Below, piece after piece: positions 14,877 through 20,000 of a stretch of DNA of 20,000 nt. This stretch comes from an uncultured virus (IMG/VR IMGVR_UViG_3300028187_000002). Its lineage: Duplodnaviria; Heunggongvirae; Uroviricota; Caudoviricetes; Herelleviridae. Every line of letters begins with the position of its first letter. The first letter of the stretch is position 1. The DNA is taken from IMG/VR virus record IMGVR_UViG_3300028187_000002. One strand, given 5' to 3'. A program made the translations under genes and the position numbers. The notes beneath the pieces are model-generated. The model was not told the origin of the DNA. It saw only the letters and a program-made list of their open reading frames with translations, and searched no databases.

Positions 14877-15554
14877 ATGGCTAACTTTTTCTATATTACT
14901 GTCGATACTGTTGGTCCAGCTAACCCTACAGCTAGCATAGAGAGTGGAGCACAATATACTACTAAACAACTTGTAAACGTTGCTATAGGAACAACAGATG
15001 CTAGTACAGTTGGATACCAAATGAAGATTTGGGGAGATGTAGACAAGGCTAATGATTCTGATATTCAGGATACAGAGGTAGCGTCTAACTGGATTTCCTA
15101 CACACTTACGAAACAGATTAAGCTAACACCTGGTGATGCAGATAAGACTATCAATATTAAGATTCGAGACGATGTACTCAATGAATCAGCAGTAGCTTCC
15201 GATAGTATTAAGTTAAGTGCAACATTACCTAACGTTACTACAGTTGCTTCTGATGTACGTGTATCTAAGAAAGCTACTAAAGATGGATACACATTTACAT
15301 TCTCTGCTGACAAGCCATTTACTGAGTATGCAGTTAAGGTAGTGGCTAATGCATCATCAGCACAGAACACAGGTACTACTATCCCTACAACTAACGGTTC
15401 TGTTAATACTTCTGGCACAGGAACATTCGATACTTCTTCAGTGCCTATCAACGTTACTATTAAGACAAATGACTTACTAGTAGCTAGCTCTGGGGATGGA
15501 CAGAAAGGTATCAAAGTATTTGTTAAGGATGCCGCAGGGAACTGGAGTGCATAA
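14877..15554 (+). CDS. Ig-like domain protein (two beta-sandwich domains), probably virion-associated
   Basis: T/S/V-rich, with Ig-like end motifs KTINIKIRDDVLN and KGIKVFVKDAAGNWS. Confidence 0.75.
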   Translation: MANFFYITVDTVGPANPTASIESGAQYTTKQLVNVAIGTTDASTVGYQMKIWGDVDKANDSDIQDTEVASNWISYTLTKQIKLTPGDADKTINIKIRDDVLNESAVASDSIKLSATLPNVTTVASDVRVSKKATKDGYTFTFSADKPFTEYAVKVVANASSAQNTGTTIPTTNGSVNTSGTGTFDTSSVPINVTIKTNDLLVASSGDGQKGIKVFVKDAAGNWSA

Positions 15555-15556
15555 TT

Positions 15557-16009
15557 ATGGGTAACTTTTTCACTATAACTGTAGATACAACACCTCCAAC
15601 TATTGAACTTATCCATCCTAGACAACCTATCTATGGAGTTAATACTGAAATTATAGTGAAAGCTAGTGAAGAATTGGCTGAATACCAAGGTCTATATCTA
15701 GAAGATAGCCTTGGTATTCGTCATCCACTCATTGGCACATTGGAGTACGACACTATTACTTACAGAACTAACTTCCTTGGTGTGGCTCTGGGTACATGTA
15801 GAATCTATTGTACGGTAAAGGATGTTGTGGACAATATGTCAGAGGAATTTATATCAGTAATAAACCTACGTACATCAGCTCTAGCTAATAAGCAAGAATT
15901 AGAGTTGGGTAACCAAGCATTGACTGAACTAGAGACAGGTGTGATGCCTATCGTTGAAATGGAAGTATGGGTGACACCTAAGATTACCCTAGAAGAAGGA
16001 GGGTGGTAA
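15557..16009 (+). CDS. Ig-like domain protein
   Basis: ITVDTTPPTI...IYCTVKDVVDN; N-terminus shared with 14877. Confidence 0.7.
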   Translation: MGNFFTITVDTTPPTIELIHPRQPIYGVNTEIIVKASEELAEYQGLYLEDSLGIRHPLIGTLEYDTITYRTNFLGVALGTCRIYCTVKDVVDNMSEEFISVINLRTSALANKQELELGNQALTELETGVMPIVEMEVWVTPKITLEEGGW

Positions 16010-16010
16010 T

Positions 16011-16325
16011 ATGTTACAGAAGAACGAGGGAGCTATAGTCTACCAGACAGGTAATACACAACGGTTCTGGTGTAGATTTAGAGACCACAATAACAAAATA
16101 GTAGAGCCAGATATGGTGAAGTTCCGTATCATGGACACTAAGACAGAGAAGGTAATAGAAGAGTTCGATGTACCTAAAACACAGAGAATAGAGGGTGCAT
16201 ATTATCATGACTATATATTACCAGAGAAGGCTCAAATGATCACATATGAATGGTATAGTGAAACAGGAGGGTATCCAAACTTAAAGCGTAAGCAGTTCGA
16301 CACTAAGTTCTTAGGACGTTGGTGA
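16011..16325 (+). CDS. Beta-sandwich hypothetical protein, probably structural
   Basis: AAGGAGGG RBS; beta-strand pattern; located within the cassette. Confidence 0.7.
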   Translation: MLQKNEGAIVYQTGNTQRFWCRFRDHNNKIVEPDMVKFRIMDTKTEKVIEEFDVPKTQRIEGAYYHDYILPEKAQMITYEWYSETGGYPNLKRKQFDTKFLGRW

Positions 16326-16329
16326 GCAT

Positions 16330-17265
16330 ATGGGCATAATAACAGATGGGTTAATTGGATATTGGAATGCACAGAAAGATTGTACCCCTACTCTATGGAA
16401 GAACATCGCTCCTGCTACAGTAGGAACATTAGATGGGATTCCTACAGGGGGTAACCTAGTCATCGAGGGGGATGGCGTGGTTAACATAGCACCTAGATAT
16501 ATTACTGTACCAGGCATTAACTTATCTACAGGGCAGTCTACTATGGAGATAGTATTTTCTCTTAGGAGACCAGAGGATACATCTAAGATGACAATGATTA
16601 TGTTCGGTGTAGGGTTTGAAATGCTAGCCTTAGCTAAGTCAGGTACTCAATTGAATGCACTGGGAGCTATTACTAGACCTGTTCAGTATAATGCTGAGGT
16701 GGTTATGGATGGTAAGACTCAGCTAGCAATAGTCAACACTGGTGGAGCAGGCGATGTATACATGAATGGTGTTAAGATTGGTACTCTGGCTGGTTTGGGT
16801 AACTACGCTAAGAACAACTACAATCTGTACATTGGTGCATCATTCCTTAGTGGTACTGCTAGTCAACAGTTCGATGGTAAGATACATGCAGCTAGAATGT
16901 ACAACAAAGCACTTACTCCTGCACAAATATTAGAGAACTATAACAGTTCCTCTGATATAGGACTCACCAATCCTGCACCATTAGTGACTATCACTAACAT
17001 AACAAGGACTACTGTGAGTAAGAAGTTAGGTGTAGACAAGGCTACGATTACATTCAAGTTCGATAAGGATGTACAGAAGTATGAGTTTAGAGCTGGTGGT
17101 ATGGGGCAAGGATTGGGTGTACTATTGAGTACAGGTACAAGCAAGACTGCTAATGAAGTCATTACCACTGACCTATACTATTCTGACCAACTATTAGAAG
17201 GTATCAACAAGATAAATATCTATGGACAAGATATGGCAGGCAACTGGACACCTTACGAATCCTAA
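16330..17265 (+). CDS. LamG/concanavalin A-like lectin domain fused to a C-terminal Ig-like domain
   Basis: IITDGLIGYW, VYMNG, LYIG and FDGKIHAARMYNKALTPAQI are typical of Laminin_G_3-like domains; C-terminal IYGQDMAGNW. Confidence 0.85.
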   Translation: MGIITDGLIGYWNAQKDCTPTLWKNIAPATVGTLDGIPTGGNLVIEGDGVVNIAPRYITVPGINLSTGQSTMEIVFSLRRPEDTSKMTMIMFGVGFEMLALAKSGTQLNALGAITRPVQYNAEVVMDGKTQLAIVNTGGAGDVYMNGVKIGTLAGLGNYAKNNYNLYIGASFLSGTASQQFDGKIHAARMYNKALTPAQILENYNSSSDIGLTNPAPLVTITNITRTTVSKKLGVDKATITFKFDKDVQKYEFRAGGMGQGLGVLLSTGTSKTANEVITTDLYYSDQLLEGINKINIYGQDMAGNWTPYES

Positions 17266-17305
17266 AGGCAGGGCTACTCTTTCTAGAGTGTTCCTGCCTT
17301 TTCTT
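17264..17305 (+). terminator. Intrinsic terminator
   Basis: AAAGGCAGG...TACTCT/AGAGTG...CCTGCCTTT plus T-tract. Confidence 0.8.
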
Positions 17306-17396
17306 TATGTATAGAAATGGTAACCATACACAGATGTATTTCGGTGTAAAAGTTATGGTGTCCAGAATCGTTTTATTTGGTATGACTTTCTGTCAT

Positions 17397-17424
17397 TTGA
17401 ATTATGTACTGAATTGTCTATAGT
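17397..17424 (+). promoter_or_regulatory. Candidate sigma-A promoter (TTGAAT-16-TATAGT)
   Basis: Near-consensus hexamers with a 16-bp spacer, upstream of a structured ORF-free segment. Confidence 0.5.
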
Positions 17425-17430
17425 TTATAT

Positions 17431-17646
17431 GTGTAACCGTCAGTTAGGAAGCAGTTATTAAAAGTAAAGTTTAGTTCAGTACTCACTGACACACACTTTA
17501 CTGTGATAGCAAGCATCCAGAACGGAGCTAGAAAACCTTAGTTTTACTAGGGTTTTCACACATGGAGAGCTTGCTATCAAGCGTACATCTCCTTTATAGT
17601 TGCTATGCAAGGAAGAGAGTTCTTTTATATAAGGACTCTCTTTTTT
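17431..17646 (+). ncRNA. Candidate structured non-coding RNA (~215 nt), family not recognised
   Basis: Has a candidate promoter and terminator and no obvious ORF with an RBS. Stems: 17463-70/17495-502, 17476-80/17485-89, 17504-14/17569-79 (11 bp perfect), 17531-42/17546-57. Confidence 0.55.
17613..17646 (+). terminator. Intrinsic terminator with no CDS upstream
   Basis: AAGAGAGTTCTT/AAGGACTCTCTT dyad plus T-tract. Confidence 0.8.
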
Positions 17647-17834
17647 GTATGCCTTTATATCGTTACACTCACAAACATTCTCAATCTCCTATTTCTAAAT
17701 CAATAAACTAAGGAGATGAATCCTATAGGATTTATGAGAATCATTTGAGTAGAAACGATATTTAGGGCATGTGCCCCAAAGGGGTGCTGAGATAAGCACT
17801 ATCTCACACAACTGGCAACAGGGGCTACCGAGCA

Positions 17835-17911
17835 TGTCAACGGAGCATAGCGGAGGTGTCAGCGGAGCCATACGGATGCAAAGCGGAGTAGGGAGGTACC
17901 AGCGGATACCT
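17835..17911 (+). repeat. Degenerate tandem array of (A/G)CGGA motifs
   Basis: CGGA at 17841, 17851, 17863, 17873, 17884 and 17903; ~22-bp units TGTCAACGGAGCATAGCGGAGG and TGTCAGCGGAGCCATACGGATG. Confidence 0.8.
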
Positions 17912-18273
17912 GTAGCGTAACCCTAGTTGACACTTGGTGGCAGGATAGTGTGGGTGGGGAAAGTATGCATAGGAGCATACAAAGAGTAACTGGGAGTACC
18001 AGTGTACTCACTCACGAACACAAAGTTATACTGTGTGGAGAATAGATAGGGAATCACAGTTCTATTAATGTAGATGAGCAGGTATAGTATGAATGACTGG
18101 TGATACAGTACACAAACACCCGTTTGGGTGACCCGTACCGCCCCCTATAGGCGCACCATACCTAATTTTTCTACTCCAACTCACTTTGCTTATCTTACAA
18201 ATTGCTACTTACACACAGCCAAGATATGGCATCAACCATCAATAAAACTACTAAAGGAGAGTGCCACAACCAT

Positions 18274-18579
18274 ATGTCACAGGATAACTTTAGTATCAGT
18301 AAACCTCTGATAGGTACTGACCCATCATACGGAGCAGACAGAGATTATATAGATAAACAATTCAACAGTATACAACAAGGCACTGCCCCTACGTGCATTG
18401 TATGCACTAATACGGCAGGGTTTAAGTTAATACCTAAACTCACACATCTAAATACAGCGGAGATACAGGATAGAGGATATGTGTGTGAACACTGTCTTAA
18501 GCAACAGTATTTTAAACCAGAAGAGTATGGCATTAGACCCATACCTACACCCAACAACATTGGAGGTAGTCTACTATGA
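18274..18579 (+). CDS. Hypothetical zinc-binding protein
   Basis: CIVC...CEHC; ATG 18274 downstream of AAAGGAGAG (long spacer); ATGA overlap with the next gene. Confidence 0.7.
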   Translation: MSQDNFSISKPLIGTDPSYGADRDYIDKQFNSIQQGTAPTCIVCTNTAGFKLIPKLTHLNTAEIQDRGYVCEHCLKQQYFKPEEYGIRPIPTPNNIGGSLL

Positions 18580-19289
18580 CGAATAGAAAGAAGCTCACTA
18601 TTGAAGAGCTATCCACAGAAATGCTAGAAACTAGACACCATAAGCTAGAGCGCCTAGTAAAGTGGGAACATGGGGATGAGGTTAATGAGATGCTGCTTAC
18701 AGGGGTATCCCCTCATAAGGTATCTGACTGGTGTAAGGAGAGAGGCTTTAATATATCTCACCCAAAACTATACGAATATAAAGAGATGCTACAGGAAGCT
18801 ATCACAAAGCAGATAACGGTGGAGAGAATGCTAGGTATTGGGATGCCAAAGCGTAAACCTATAGTACTTAACACCATAGCTTTGCAAAATACTAAGCACA
18901 TGGTTAAGAGTGAGTTAGAAGTACTAGACGGTATCATACAGATTGGTATGAACAGTTTATACACTTCCCCAACAGTTAAACTACAAGATGCTATGAAGGC
19001 TATAGAGCTAAAGCATAAATTAACTGGTGGTAATCATGGGGCACTCACTAGCTACGGTCTAGACCAGCTGAGAGCAGTAGAGCAAGCTAAGTTCCAAGCT
19101 ATCATAGAAGTGGTTATGAAATACTTACCAGAAGATAAGCATGCTGAACTAGAACAGGCAATACTAGATGCAGAGCGTGGATACTATGAGAACTATGCAC
19201 CAGAACTACTAGAGGAATATGAGAAGACTGTAGATGAGCAGTATGGAGATGACAAGGATACAATAGTAGTATCAGATAGCCAATTCTAA
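18576..19289 (+). CDS. HTH-containing helical protein, candidate terminase small subunit
   Basis: N-terminal HTH-like segment (EVNEMLLTGVSPHKVSDWCKERGFNISHPKLYEY), helical AMKAIELKHKLTG segment and acidic tail. The CDS is secure, but the terminase call is only inferred from position and architecture. Confidence 0.5.
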   Translation: MTNRKKLTIEELSTEMLETRHHKLERLVKWEHGDEVNEMLLTGVSPHKVSDWCKERGFNISHPKLYEYKEMLQEAITKQITVERMLGIGMPKRKPIVLNTIALQNTKHMVKSELEVLDGIIQIGMNSLYTSPTVKLQDAMKAIELKHKLTGGNHGALTSYGLDQLRAVEQAKFQAIIEVVMKYLPEDKHAELEQAILDAERGYYENYAPELLEEYEKTVDEQYGDDKDTIVVSDSQF

Positions 19290-19303
19290 GGAGGTACTTA
19301 CAC

Positions 19304-19480
19304 ATGTATACACGAGATGATAAGGATAGAGAGAAACTAGAGAAGGTACGTAAAGGTGATATAGTGGAGCTACGAGTGGGAAACAGAGTACTAGGAAGAG
19401 TACACAAGGATGACCTATTCAGTAAGGTGGATAGCTCACAACCACTAGGTAAGCAGATGGATATGGATCTATATAAGTAG
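19304..19480 (+). CDS. 58-aa hypothetical protein (below the ORF-track cutoff)
   Basis: AAGGAGGT RBS; MYTRDDKDREKLEKVRKGDIVELRVGNRVLG...DLYK*. Confidence 0.75.
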   Translation: MYTRDDKDREKLEKVRKGDIVELRVGNRVLGRVHKDDLFSKVDSSQPLGKQMDMDLYK

Positions 19481-19488
19481 TATAGCTT

Positions 19489-19530
19489 AGAGTATGGTAC
19501 AAGAATGACAAGCCATACTCTATTTTTATT
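19489..19530 (+). terminator. Probable intrinsic terminator
   Basis: AGAGTATGG/CCATACTCT stem followed by ATTTTTATT. Confidence 0.6.
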
Positions 19531-19549
19531 TGTATTAGGAGGGATAACA

Positions 19550-19807
19550 ATGAGTACTATTAATAATATACAAAAGTCTATTAACCAGATTGGTATGGAA
19601 GGTGTAGTAAGGTATCTACCAAAGGGTATGAAGCTACATCCCTGTGACCTGCATGGGTCGTTCCTAGCTCACTATAAGGATGAGCTACCTACCTGCCCAC
19701 TATGTGTACAGCACAACCATGCAGCAGAGGGTACTACAGCTACAGAGGTAGAGCACTATATTAACATTAGAGACATGGTAGCCCCACCGCATAACCCACA
19801 TTCGTAG
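19550..19807 (+). CDS. Hypothetical Cys/His zinc-binding protein
   Basis: AGGAGGG RBS; CDLHG...CPLC. Confidence 0.75.
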   Translation: MSTINNIQKSINQIGMEGVVRYLPKGMKLHPCDLHGSFLAHYKDELPTCPLCVQHNHAAEGTTATEVEHYINIRDMVAPPHNPHS

Positions 19808-19859
19808 GGTTTCTATGGGGGTTAGGTAGAAAATCAATTCCAATAAGGGAAAAGAACTA

Positions 19860-19900
19860 GGGAAGAGATAGCGAAACCGCATCTCTTCCTTTTTTATTTT
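19860..19900 (+). terminator. Intrinsic terminator
   Basis: GGAAGAGAT/ATCTCTTCC stem plus a long T-tract. Confidence 0.85.
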
Positions 19901-20000
19901 TTCTTGGTGGGGCTAAGTAGGTTACATTGGTAGCACACCAAATCCGTATAGGGTCAGCAAGTAGAGTAGGCTAGAGTAACAAAACGTCCTTGACTTCCTC

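Noticed and set aside
17717..17749. 10-codon ORF MNPIGFMRII
   Set aside because: AAGGAG directly abuts the ATG, so the spacing is implausible.
17835..17911. CRISPR or mini-CRISPR array
   Set aside because: The repeats are 4-6 nt motifs spaced 10-12 nt apart, with no 25-45 nt repeats, no spacers and no cas genes.
17266..18273. tRNA, tmRNA, T-box or hammerhead ribozyme in the non-coding region
   Set aside because: I found no cloverleaf or TTC-loop, no T-box sequence and no CTGANGA core with matching stems by eye. tRNAscan-SE and Infernal should confirm.

Overview
This window is part of a tailed (Caudoviricetes) phage of a Bacillota host, probably Bacillus-like. The evidence is dense + strand short ORFs, strong AAAGGAG(A)GG ribosome binding sites and no integrase or host genes. 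Positions 1-14508 are an early/middle region encoding a sigma-70 factor, an RNase M5-like Toprim protein, a deoxynucleoside kinase, a SLOG/DUF2493 protein, a PcrA/UvrD helicase, a CobB-like sirtuin and many small, often Cys-rich hypothetical proteins. Four units start with a shared promoter-like motif (TTG[A/C][C/T]T-N17-NAAAAT), and several end in intrinsic terminators. Positions 14729-17265 are a terminator-bounded five-gene cassette of Ig-like and LamG-like proteins that share domains, probably for virion adhesion or decoration. Positions 17266-18273 are about 1 kb of non-coding DNA and the most unusual part: a candidate ~215-nt structured RNA with its own promoter and terminator, further hairpins, a phased CGGA/GGA repeat array, and a GC-rich dyad at a strand-skew switch. 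Downstream lies a possible terminase small subunit. All calls come from reading motifs by eye; no database search or folding program was run.
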